Below are positions 43,072 to 53,095 of a stretch of DNA of 64,000 nt, piece after piece. The DNA is from Salisapilia sapeloensis CBS 127946. Lineage: Eukaryota > Protista > Oomycota. Positions within the stretch are counted from its first letter, which is position 1. Every line of letters begins with the position of its first letter. The position numbers and the translations under genes were made by a program. Where the stretch lies: assembly GCA_023334545.1 (NCBI GenBank), contig JAADVB010000047.1:1-64000 (forward strand). Reading direction: 5' to 3'. A model generated the notes under the pieces. The model was not told the origin of the DNA, did no database searches, and saw only the letters and a list, made by a program, of their open reading frames with translations.

Positions 43072-45375
43072 TCAAAGCCATATGCAAAACGACGCGTCTT
43101 CTTCCACGTCAGCCATCTGAGTCTCCGCCTCAGACATGGAAGCTGCTGCAAGCGCACTCATGTTCGTGTAGCTAAAGTTATGGAAAGATGCACTCTCCTG
43201 TGTATCGACTGTACTGTTGTACATACCACTAGGAAACTTACAAGGCGATATCTCGGACATGGGCACTTGCTCCACTTGCTCCACGTCATCGATAAAGTCC
43301 TCCGTCAAGTCGCGATTGTTAAAGTAACTCGTGTCCTGTGGTCCTTCCAAGGACGGGACGAACGGCGGGACTTCCTGGAAGAGATGATTCCAGTCGATGC
43401 CTTTGAAGAAGGTATGCTCCTTCAGTTCCTTCCAACCCATGCGAGTCCTCGGGTTCGGATCTAACAGTCGCTCGATCGCGTCCATGGCTTCTGGACTTAG
43501 ACACTTGTCTCCATCCGGCCAGATGATGTTCTGCTCGAGGATGTTGCCAAAGATCTTCTGCACCGTCTCGTCATTGAATGGTGGGAACCCTACGAGCATC
43601 TCGTAGAGCATGACACCCAGCGCCCAGTAGTCTACCTCTGGTCCGTGCGCTTGTCCGAGCACGATCTCTGGGCTAAGGTAGTCTGGCGTACCGCAGTGGC
43701 CATTCGTGTGGCTGTACATGGTCGCTCTTTTCTCCACGCGCTCTTGGAACGACATTGCGTCCAAGACGTTCTGCTCTTGATTCGAACGTCGACAGACATC
43801 TGCAGCTTGCTGCACATCTACGTTCGAGTCCGGTAACCCGACGCCTTCTTCACTAAGTCCAAAGTCGGTCAATTTGATGTGTCCACTCGTGGAGATGAGG
43901 ACATTATCTGGCTTGAGATCTCGATGGACACACCCTTTCGAGTGCAAGTGACGTAAAGCGACGGCGATCTGAGCAATGTAGACTTGTGCTAGATCTTCAT
44001 CCAATTGGACGATACACTCCATGAGCGACATAAAGTCTCCACCAGGTAGATACTCCATCACTAGGAACAAGTTATGTTTCGACTGGAATGTCCAAAAGAG
44101 TTTCACGACGAACGGACTCTCGACACGCATCAGGATATTCCGTTCCGTTTCAATCTGACGCACTTGCTTCTTACGCACGAGATGCTCTTTCGCCAATACT
44201 TTAATCGCATACTGGTCACCCGTCGTCTTCTTCCGAGCTAGATAGACTTTCCCAAAAGCTCCTTTCGAGATTGGTTTCATCACTTCAAAGTCCTGGATCG
44301 AAGCACGGAATGCTGAGCTACGACGACGAGTATGGCGAGTGGGACATGGAGGGTCGTCCATCTCCTCTAGCGACCGCGTCCGATGGATCGCATGTCGCTC
44401 TGGCGGTGGTGTCGCCTGTAGCAACACCTTTTGCGTCGCTCGCATCTTGCTCATCTTGGCATGGATGCAGTTACGCAAGGTTGCTAGTAACTTGATCGCA
44501 CGCTCAACGACCGCGTCTTCGTCCACGTCTTTCTGACGCAGACTATCGACGACCTTGATGAGGCCACTGCAGAGCGTCAAAGACTCGAAGCAAGACGCGT
44601 CACAGGCCGCTGCCTGCATTGCGATCTCTTTCACATTAGCGAACAAGCGCTGGTCCTGCGCTCGCTGGACGAGGTCGCTACCGATGGCTTCGTCCACACT
44701 CTCCGCCACGTTCATCAACGCGCCGTCCACTTCATCCGTCTCAAGCGCCAAGCGCGTGGACAGGACGCAATAGTTCGTGTGATCCTCTAACGTCTCGGCG
44801 TCCACACGTCGCTCACAGAGCTTACAGATCACTTTAGGACGCAAATGCCGACGGAAACGTAGGCTGAGAGGACGAGATGCCTCCTGGAGCATTTCGAGGA
44901 TGTCGATGGCTGCCATGTCCTGGACTTCACATCCGTTAATCGCCTCGACGACCATCCCTCGCTCCACCGCTCCGGTAGTTTCGGCGCTCCGGACCACGAC
45001 GTTAGCGCCACTAGCAGACGCGACGAACTCGATACCGAGGTGGCCGACGCCAAAGACAACTTCGTACCCATCCTCCTGCAGCTCAAAGTTGGACTCGGCG
45101 CCGATCAGATGGTCACTTGGGAGGAGTGACCGGACACTGGCATCGCTCTGGTTCCCATTCTGTCGATTCGACATCCGTCGCGACTCGTGCATGGGCTTAT
45201 AGGGAGACGAAGCCTGGGGTAGATTGAGGCTCTGCTGCCGTGTGATCGGCTGGCGAGTCGGGAGGTCGAAATCTTCGACCGGGTCTAAGAACGCGACATG
45301 ACTAGTCTCGGTCTCGGTGCTATCTCGCCGAATCGACATTCTTCCAGTAAACTCGAGAGCCTCGACTGTTTGCAT
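43072..45375 (-). CDS. AGC kinase of the Greatwall/MAST/IRE/Rim15 type with N-terminal PDZ-like and C2HC zinc-finger-like domains
   Basis: KPISKGAFGKVY, HRDLKPDN, DFG + long insert + GTPDYLSPE, PPFVP...DTSYF. Upstream YEVVFGVGHLGI...VEAING (PDZ-like) and CKLCE...LEDHTNYC. Confidence 0.9.
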   Translation of the reverse strand: MQTVEALEFTGRMSIRRDSTETETSHVAFLDPVEDFDLPTRQPITRQQSLNLPQASSPYKPMHESRRMSNRQNGNQSDASVRSLLPSDHLIGAESNFELQEDGYEVVFGVGHLGIEFVASASGANVVVRSAETTGAVERGMVVEAINGCEVQDMAAIDILEMLQEASRPLSLRFRRHLRPKVICKLCERRVDAETLEDHTNYCVLSTRLALETDEVDGALMNVAESVDEAIGSDLVQRAQDQRLFANVKEIAMQAAACDASCFESLTLCSGLIKVVDSLRQKDVDEDAVVERAIKLLATLRNCIHAKMSKMRATQKVLLQATPPPERHAIHRTRSLEEMDDPPCPTRHTRRRSSAFRASIQDFEVMKPISKGAFGKVYLARKKTTGDQYAIKVLAKEHLVRKKQVRQIETERNILMRVESPFVVKLFWTFQSKHNLFLVMEYLPGGDFMSLMECIVQLDEDLAQVYIAQIAVALRHLHSKGCVHRDLKPDNVLISTSGHIKLTDFGLSEEGVGLPDSNVDVQQAADVCRRSNQEQNVLDAMSFQERVEKRATMYSHTNGHCGTPDYLSPEIVLGQAHGPEVDYWALGVMLYEMLVGFPPFNDETVQKIFGNILEQNIIWPDGDKCLSPEAMDAIERLLDPNPRTRMGWKELKEHTFFKGIDWNHLFQEVPPFVPSLEGPQDTSYFNNRDLTEDFIDDVEQVEQVPMSEISPCKFPSGMYNSTVDTQESASFHNFSYTNMSALAAASMSEAETQMADVEEDASFCIWL

Positions 45376-46058
45376 TGTGCGAAAGAGAGAGGTACAGCCT
45401 CTAAGACGTCGATAGTATTACTAGAAGAAGAGATTCTTTGCTCGAGTAAAGGTCGTTTAAAGCCAACAGCGTCTCGAGTCACCACGAGGCGTGCAATACC
45501 TTTTGAACGAAATTGCTTAATTTATAAATGCGCCGGCTTCTTAAATCCTTCCAGCCGACCGTTTCACGCTCGGCTCCCCGGTCTTCGGCTTTCTATGGGA
45601 AGACCGTGGAAACAATTGCGCGATAGATAAGATCTTCGGATGGATCTCGAGAGCACTAAGGTTCAGCACGAGTGCGAGAGGGAGTAATAAGACAAACAGG
45701 AGATGGGTGTGGATGGAGAGATATACGTGTGGAATCGAAAAAGAATGGAGAGCGATAGGAGGTGTCCACGCCAAGGCCGCAACATCCCAGGCGAAAATGA
45801 CAATAAACGAAACGTGTATGGCCGGAGACTCTTCTGGTAGAGCTATATTCGGCCGAGTTAGTTCGATCTCTATAGCAAGGAGAAAGTAGAAGTTTTGACT
45901 AGTAGACTGTCGGTAGTAGATAGGAAGAAGAAAAAGATTTGTGTAGGTGTATGATGGATAAAAGCGCCGTGTGGAAGTCGAGTACGAAGTGCTGTTGCGT
46001 TGTATGTTAAAGGAAACGAGGACTAGCTTTCTATTCCAGGAACGACATATATGAAACG

Positions 46059-46490
46059 CTAGGCGGTAGGAGCTTCCGATGCATTTTTTTCTAGAATAGC
46101 GACGTAGCCGTTGCGTCTGCAAGCAGGGAAATCTGCCACACCAACCATTGGGACTATTTTTGGCAAGAGCAAGCTTTTAATATCAGTATTGAGAAACTCG
46201 GAAGATGCAGGGAGAACTATTTGGATCAGTCGACGAGTAGTATCACCGCATCTCGATGCTAGTTCCGACCAAAGATCCATCGCATCCGATTGTCGGTTGT
46301 AGCTCTGCATAAAATGTCGCACAAGAACACTCCAATCAGTAGTTATGTGTTTGCTATCTTAGAAAAGTTGAGCCAGTCGTATATCTTCTTTTATTTGAAT
46401 CGTATCAAATCAAGCCGTGATATTCGACTTAAGTACCTGATCCAGCCTCCGTTTGCTTTATTTCATCTTGTAGATGCCGCTATCTTCAGT
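46059..46490 (-). mobile_element. Possible degraded retrotransposon gag fragment
   Basis: One frame with stops reads ...TA*FDTIQ...ITTDWSVLVRHFMQSYNRQSDAMDLWSELASR, resembling Ty3/gypsy gag W..L...F...Y spacing. AT-rich, gene-free context; no LTR or pol seen. Confidence 0.35.
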
Positions 46491-47698
46491 TACCCTTAGT
46501 ATAACCGCTGAAAGCTCAAAAGATGTACATTGCTTCCGAATTACTACATCCACACAAGACTCTTGTCCAAATTTTAGGACTACCACAATAGGATAAGCGG
46601 ACACTCGAGTCTACATATGCGATGAATAGACACTTCACTGGTACTGTGCGGCATAGACCCTTTCTTATCTGTCCGTGCACATGTACTTTAAGGCAAACTA
46701 CGCGGTCGTATACAAGCAGGAGAGGGGTTTAAAGTTTGCGCATCTATTTATCCCAAGCTCAGATGTAATAGTAAATGACTAGAGGCTGATCATCACCAAC
46801 GGCATCCTGGCGGCACTAGCCACAAAAGCCATGATAAAAAAACTCCTGATCAAGTGTATTTATTCCTAATTATGCTCATAGTACTTATAAACGTAGTAAT
46901 ACCTAGCTATATGGTCTCCAGCTTCGGTATCATAGGTAGCATCAGGCTTTTGCTGAGTCATAGCCATTTGTCGGTAGATATTTTCCATGAAAGTTCATAG
47001 ATCTTCCATTCTGGAATCTTTCCAAGGTTCCAAGAGAGCATTTATCTTGCCTATGTTCTATTTGAACCGTATGCTTGTATCAAAGGGACATCTTGAGGCC
47101 ACAAACTCTGCATCACGCACGTCAGATCAGGCGCCATGATATAGTGTCCTGACTCAAGTAGCATCTCTACCTTTGGTATTGAATTTTCTACAAAAGGTAC
47201 GTCGACACCGGACGACAGGTTGGAGTATACTGGCACCATCTGCTACATCAGCCAAGACATGAATCATTAAGCTGTCTCCATTTGATCTTCTGGGCTCTCT
47301 GTCTCACAAAAGGTAACTTCGGAAGCGTAGTACTATCGACTAGAGACGTCGCCAAAACAAGTCCAGACATTAAGTATTTCGAATGTAACGACTACTTCCA
47401 ATGTGACATCCCTGACCTGCCATTTAGCTTCCGAAGTATACAGCAGCATTGCATCCATCTCGGCTCGAGTGGTAAGCTCTAGTCAGGTACGAGCAAAGCC
47501 GTCGATGTAAAGACAAGTTTATTCTAGCTTTTAAAGCTCTTAAGCCAAGAAAACTCAGTGGAAACTTTGGTAGGATGAGCAACAAAACGCAATAGAGTAC
47601 GAAGCGTTATGCGCTGGCATGCAAGATACACAATTAGTACCACACGAAAGGAAGAAAAGACTAGCTTGCTAGAGCAAAACGTCTATCGATTCACATGA

Positions 47699-48691
47699 TC
47701 ACGAATCATATCGAACAGCTTTATCGTTTCCTGATTCTTTTGCGTCCGAGTCTTCCCGACGTCGCTTCCTCTGTGACACTCTAGTCAGTATGCAAATGCC
47801 ATGTCTACTAGCAGTCATCCGATTGTAGCCTACGTTATCATCCTTGTCTGTAGCTACAGAAGCCTTTTCGCATGCTTCCAGTATCGCATCGAGTCTCGAT
47901 CTCGACTCGAGAGCTTGCTCTATCGACAGCAACCATCATTAAGAGCATTAAACTCACTGCATGCCTAAAGTCACATCCACCGTACCATACGAGACGGCAG
48001 GTTTCTCAGGTCGCGTCCATGTCGTCTCATTCGTACGTCGATTCCAGTAGTAGTACTCGCCACTGGAACTATCATATATCGCCTCCCACTCCCTTTCCAT
48101 CTCTTTCATCAATTCTATTCCTACTCTACATCCAGCCTAGAGCAACGTACTTGGGTAGAGAACTCGCATCCTCCTCCTCTTCCTACCACCATCATAAATA
48201 CTTGAACGCTACCAACATGCCATATCATCATCTACCTTTGTCTCTTGCGGATGTTCCCATGACGTCTCCTTTGTCACCTGTACATCCACTCTAGTAAAGA
48301 TACGACTACTACATCTCCATGCCTACAATGTCCATACGTCATTCCAATAGTACACATCGCCCGAGGTCGGATCCACCGCCTGCTTCCATCCTTCCGGAAG
48401 GTCTGTCGTGCCTACACTTCCTGTCTGTCCTACCACCGAGCCCCTGTCTTCCTCCACTTCCTCCTTCCTCCTGCCTCGTTGTCTCGCCAGTGCCTCCAGC
48501 GTATTATCTCGCTGCTGCATCATCGGGTCCGGTGTCTGTACCCCAGCTTTCGCCTGTGTATTCCTTGCTGCCTGCCACTGTCGCTGCTCCTGCAGCTCCT
48601 TATGACTCGGCCCGCTCCCTGTTTCCTGTAGATGCTTCAGCGCCTTGGCTCGAGCGCGCTGGGCCGCGGCCTCGGCCTGCTTCCGGTCCAT
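47699..48691 (-). CDS. Tandem WW-domain protein, 6 exons
   Basis: Five GT-AG introns join in phase. WW1 LPEGWKQAVDPTSGDVYYWNDVTKETSWEHP; WW2 EWEAIYDSSSGEYYYWNRRTNETTWTRP; basic C-terminus RKRRR. Confidence 0.8.
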
Positions 48692-48749
48692 GCTCCGGGT
48701 ATACTGAAATCAAGTGTAACCAAGCACCAACGGATCCGGTCGCATCGTG

Positions 48750-51311
48750 ATGTTTTCGCCAGCGCTGTCCGGAGCGACGCGGACGCCTCGAGGAGGGACG
48801 CCACAGGAACGCTTCGAAGAACGTAGGAAGCATCGACAGCAACAGATTCATGAGGAAAATGTTAGGACGTTAGCAAAAACACATAGTTGGAACGATGAGT
48901 TCGACGACGCAGAGCGTCTGCCGCTCGTCCAGCGCTCTTTAAGCGAAGGCAAGAGCAGCTTGTCGACATGGGCAAGTGCTTTGAACTGTAGTCACTATAC
49001 GAACGCATTGCTCTATGGTATCATTAACTCGGTCCTGACCGTGCCGTGCATGTACGGCTACGCCGTCATCATTTTCAGCCATCAGGACTTTAACGCGTAC
49101 ATGCCAGCGCTGTCCAAGCTCGTCATGTGGTCCAGTGCCGTCCACCAGATCGTCTTCACGATCATGAGTTCCCTCCCGTTCGCCATCGGCCAAGTCCAGG
49201 ACGCCGGACTTATCTTCCTATCAGCCATCTCGGCCTCGATCTGCCGATCTCTAGGCCAAGACACGCCTCTCGATGCGAAAATCACGACGACCGTCGTCTT
49301 CATCGGCCTTGCCACCGCCTCTCTCGGTATCTGTCTTGTCCTTTTAGGCAAATTCAAACTCGCCGGCCTCGTGTCCTACCTCCCGATGCCTGTCGTCGGC
49401 GGCTACCTCGCCTACATCGGTCTCTTCTGCCTCTACGCCGGCTTCTCGCTCTGCACAGGACTCGTCATTAACGATTTCACTTCCTTCCTACAAGTCTTCC
49501 AGTCCCACGAACTCGTACTGTGTCTACCAGGTCTCCTCGGTGGCATCCTCCTGCTCCTCGTCTCGCAACGATGTGAGCACTGGTTAGCTCTCCCAGGCTG
49601 TATCCTCGCCATGCCACTCCTCTTCTACGCGCTCCTTCCGCTCACTGGTTCATCCATGGAGGACGCGAGAGACTTTGGCTGGGTCGCTCCGTCCACGGAC
49701 CCCGCGACACTGTCCGACATGTTCTCGCTCTTTGACTTGAACAAGATCCACTGGTCTGAACTCCCTCGCCAGCTCCCGACGTGGGCTGGCATGGTCTTTG
49801 TCGTTGCCTTCTCCTCATGTCTTGACGTCGCTGCCATCGAGATGGACATGGGCCAGAGTCTCGACATCAACCACGAGCTCTCGAGCGTTGGATGGTCCAA
49901 CTGTATCAGCGGACTCCTTGGCGGCTACACAGGTTCCTACATCTTCAGCCAAACGATCTTCACCTTCCGTTCCCACGTCAATTCCCGCATCGTCGGCCTC
50001 TGTGTCTTCGTCTCGGAACTAGCTCTCGTCGTCCTCCCCATCTCCGTCATGAGCCTCGTCCCGCGCTTCTTCTTCGCCGCGACACTCATTTTCATCGCCG
50101 TCGACCTCATGGTCGAATGGCTCTTTCTCGTATATGCGAAGCTCCTCCTACGAGAGTACGTTGTCCTCTGGCTGTCCTTCTTAGCCATTAACTGGGTCTC
50201 TCTCGAGCTCGGGATGATCCTCGGCATCGGTTTTGCCATCCTAAACTTCCTCCTCGGATACGCCAGTGTCCGTGTCGTCACGCGGCGCAATCGCCGGTCT
50301 GCTGCCGTGCGCAAGTACGCCTCACGCACGGTGCTGGCATCCAAAAGAGATGCGATCGTCTACCTCGAGCTACAAGGCTACCTCTTCTTCGGTAGCTCGT
50401 TACAGATCTTAGAAGACGTTCAGCACTCTGTCCTCGTCCCGAAAACCTCCTCTAGTCCATCTGTGTATGCACCGTTGCAGCACCGCGTGTCCATCGGGAA
50501 CAAGAGTCCTTTGACACCCAATGCACCTGTCCAAGTGCCTGTCGAATACTTGGACGGGACACAACCAGCGGAGGCGTTCGGGACACCCACGGAACACGTC
50601 GTCATGGACTTCCATCGTGTCACTGGCATGGACGCCACCGCTGCGCGCAGTGCTCTCATGATCCTCCAGCAGCAATACAAGCAGCACAACATCCGACTGG
50701 TGTACGCCGACGTGCTGCCGGAGATCCAGAGTCTCCTCCTTCGGAACGACATTGCGGACCCCGAGAGCTTCCAGCCGAACGCCGATGCAGCGCTGGAGCT
50801 CTGTGAGAACCAGGTGATCGCTGCCTCGAGTGTCTTCGGAGGTGCTCGCCAAGCCCAGTCGCATGAAAGCATGAGCGTCCTCCTGCATCGCTTCATGGGC
50901 GAACCGGATACGTCCGACACGTTCGACGGCATCGACGAGTACTTTACGACCGAGACAGTGGACGCAGGACACGACTTCTACGGCGTCGCGGACGAGTCCA
51001 GTGCCTTCTACTTCTTAGCAAGCGGCCGAGTCGCGCTGCTCGTGAATCAGGACGGTAGTGCCGCCGCGAACAAGTCGCTAAAGCTACTAGAGCACGTACT
51101 CCCTGGCGCCATGTTCGGTGAAGTCGACTTCTTCGGACGACAGCTACGACAGCTAGCAGCACAAGCTCAAGCCCATTGCGTCGTCTTCCGCATGTCACTT
51201 GAAGACTACGAGCGTCTTGAGCATGACGCACCAACGCTCTGGAATCGACTGCGAGACGTCGTGATGCAGAGCATGGCACTCGCCGTTGCGAACACGACGA
51301 CACTTTCATAA
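48750..51311 (+). CDS. SulP/SLC26 anion transporter with STAS and cyclic-nucleotide-binding domains
   Basis: SLPFAIGQVQDAG, YLPMPVVGGYLAYIG, GYTGSYIFSQT, STAS (LQGYLFFG...MDFHRVTGMDATA), C-terminal CNB (FYFLASGRV...GAMFGEVDFF). ATG 48750; the ORF track starts at GTG 48747. Confidence 0.92.
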   Translation: MFSPALSGATRTPRGGTPQERFEERRKHRQQQIHEENVRTLAKTHSWNDEFDDAERLPLVQRSLSEGKSSLSTWASALNCSHYTNALLYGIINSVLTVPCMYGYAVIIFSHQDFNAYMPALSKLVMWSSAVHQIVFTIMSSLPFAIGQVQDAGLIFLSAISASICRSLGQDTPLDAKITTTVVFIGLATASLGICLVLLGKFKLAGLVSYLPMPVVGGYLAYIGLFCLYAGFSLCTGLVINDFTSFLQVFQSHELVLCLPGLLGGILLLLVSQRCEHWLALPGCILAMPLLFYALLPLTGSSMEDARDFGWVAPSTDPATLSDMFSLFDLNKIHWSELPRQLPTWAGMVFVVAFSSCLDVAAIEMDMGQSLDINHELSSVGWSNCISGLLGGYTGSYIFSQTIFTFRSHVNSRIVGLCVFVSELALVVLPISVMSLVPRFFFAATLIFIAVDLMVEWLFLVYAKLLLREYVVLWLSFLAINWVSLELGMILGIGFAILNFLLGYASVRVVTRRNRRSAAVRKYASRTVLASKRDAIVYLELQGYLFFGSSLQILEDVQHSVLVPKTSSSPSVYAPLQHRVSIGNKSPLTPNAPVQVPVEYLDGTQPAEAFGTPTEHVVMDFHRVTGMDATAARSALMILQQQYKQHNIRLVYADVLPEIQSLLLRNDIADPESFQPNADAALELCENQVIAASSVFGGARQAQSHESMSVLLHRFMGEPDTSDTFDGIDEYFTTETVDAGHDFYGVADESSAFYFLASGRVALLVNQDGSAAANKSLKLLEHVLPGAMFGEVDFFGRQLRQLAAQAQAHCVVFRMSLEDYERLEHDAPTLWNRLRDVVMQSMALAVANTTTLS

Positions 51312-51352
51312 GAAAACAAGCTACTTGGACTTTTATTTCTTGCATTAAAATG

Positions 51353-53095
51353 TTAAAAGCGCATGTTGCGCCCCATATCTCGCACGGCGTTCTCTTCCAC
51401 CCACGAGCAGATGAGCGTCAGACTCTCGGTGCTCGGCTCAAAGATAATGTCCATCGGACTCGTGCCGACAAAGTAATGCCCCGCACGCTCTTCCACACAG
51501 AGCGACGTCCCGAACAAGTGCGTGAACTCTTCGCCACCGATTGCATGGCGCACGAGCTCCGAGTGAAGAAAGTCGTTCGAGGAGTAGTGCGTCACGTCGC
51601 ACGGGAGACCAAAGAGTTTCAGGAACGCGAGGCGACGGACACCTTCCTGGGTTACCGACAAGAAACCTGGCGGCAAGTCGCGCCCGCCTTGTCTGCCTCG
51701 ACGACCATCGTCCGAGCCACCGCGAGGGTACTGTCCATTCGCGAGCTGCCGAAGCTGTGTGCGCAGCATCGTAATCAGTCGCTCTCGCACGCGATGCGCC
51801 TCACGCTCTGCGAGTCGACTCTCGAGCGCAAAGCGGTTGTTCATGTGCATCTTGCGCTCCTTCTCATAGCGTTTGTATCGATCCAACTGCATCTGACGCT
51901 CCGCCAGCTTCGTCATGACCGTGTCTGTACGCGAGACGCTAGGCGCTTGGTCCTGCATCCGGAGCTGAGCTCTCGCATGTGCTAGCGCTTGCTCCAGTTC
52001 ATCCGTCACGCGTTTCGATTGCTCATGCGCTCGCGAAAGCTCTTCATTTGTCGCCGCACGAATCTCATCGCATTGGATCAACGCTTGCTGCAGACGTTTA
52101 CGTAACGAAGCATTTCTATCGGCCAAAGTCTCTCGATCCGACCGTTCTTTTTTCAGTTCTAACACTAGCGCGTTCACGACTTGCTTGTGCGTCGCATCGC
52201 CGTCGGTCACGACGTCCATGTTCGGCCGCGCAGTCTTCCGAGCTGGCTCCATCGATGTACCAGTCATAGACGATGGGGGCTGTGCATTAGATGTCGGACA
52301 ACTACGCTTCTTATTCGGAGTCGGCCGTTTCCCACTGCCGACGGCAGGAGCGTCTGGTGCCACCATGGCACCAGACGATGGCGGCTGCATCGCTTCTACC
52401 TCGCCCGTACCGTCCACATTCATAGACTCGGACGTATTGAAGGGAAAGTTAGACTCGTTCAACTCGAGCGTCGGGTCGCGCTCGATCTCGAACTCAAGCT
52501 CCCCTGGCGGCGCCGTCTTGAGCTTTTGAATGGCTTCGAGAAATCCAGACTGCATCAAGCTCTGGCCGTTCATGGACAAGAGGCGGTCACCAATACGCAG
52601 TGGAGAGTTCGTCGAGGAGGTGTGCATCGTCGAGACAACGAGACGATGCTGCGGGTCATGGCAGACGCCAAAGCCGAGCTTATCGCCATCCTTCCAGGCT
52701 CGCACCGTCATCTTTTGTACATTCTCTTTCGAATTTGTATCACCTCGACTAGTCTCATTGGCTACGGATTCATTCTGCTTACTCTTGCATTCACTAGATG
52801 CATTTGCATTCGAATAGGACGGAGATGAAGAGGAGGAAGATGGCATGGTCCCATGCGTCGCGTCCCGAAGCAGATTCGTAAACGATGTCTCTTCACCCGG
52901 AGCTTCAAGTCCACTCGTCTTACTCTCCTCGACCGACCCGTACTTGGCATCGGCATCAGCTCTGCACTGGTCGAGTCGATTCGTCCCATGTGGTTGTCGA
53001 TAGGCGTCGCTACTCGTCTCTCGATAGGAGGACACAGTGTCCTCATTCATTGGAGCTTGAGATGTGGACACCCCGCTTCGCTTCTGCTGCGGCAT
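51353..53095 (-). CDS. PDZ-like + coiled-coil hypothetical protein
   Basis: 580 aa ORF; PDZ-like DKLGFGV...LRIGDRLLSMNGQSL...EAIQKLK; heptad region LVLELKKER...KLAERQ; unrecognised C-terminal domain. Confidence 0.75.
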   Translation of the reverse strand: MPQQKRSGVSTSQAPMNEDTVSSYRETSSDAYRQPHGTNRLDQCRADADAKYGSVEESKTSGLEAPGEETSFTNLLRDATHGTMPSSSSSSPSYSNANASSECKSKQNESVANETSRGDTNSKENVQKMTVRAWKDGDKLGFGVCHDPQHRLVVSTMHTSSTNSPLRIGDRLLSMNGQSLMQSGFLEAIQKLKTAPPGELEFEIERDPTLELNESNFPFNTSESMNVDGTGEVEAMQPPSSGAMVAPDAPAVGSGKRPTPNKKRSCPTSNAQPPSSMTGTSMEPARKTARPNMDVVTDGDATHKQVVNALVLELKKERSDRETLADRNASLRKRLQQALIQCDEIRAATNEELSRAHEQSKRVTDELEQALAHARAQLRMQDQAPSVSRTDTVMTKLAERQMQLDRYKRYEKERKMHMNNRFALESRLAEREAHRVRERLITMLRTQLRQLANGQYPRGGSDDGRRGRQGGRDLPPGFLSVTQEGVRRLAFLKLFGLPCDVTHYSSNDFLHSELVRHAIGGEEFTHLFGTSLCVEERAGHYFVGTSPMDIIFEPSTESLTLICSWVEENAVRDMGRNMRF

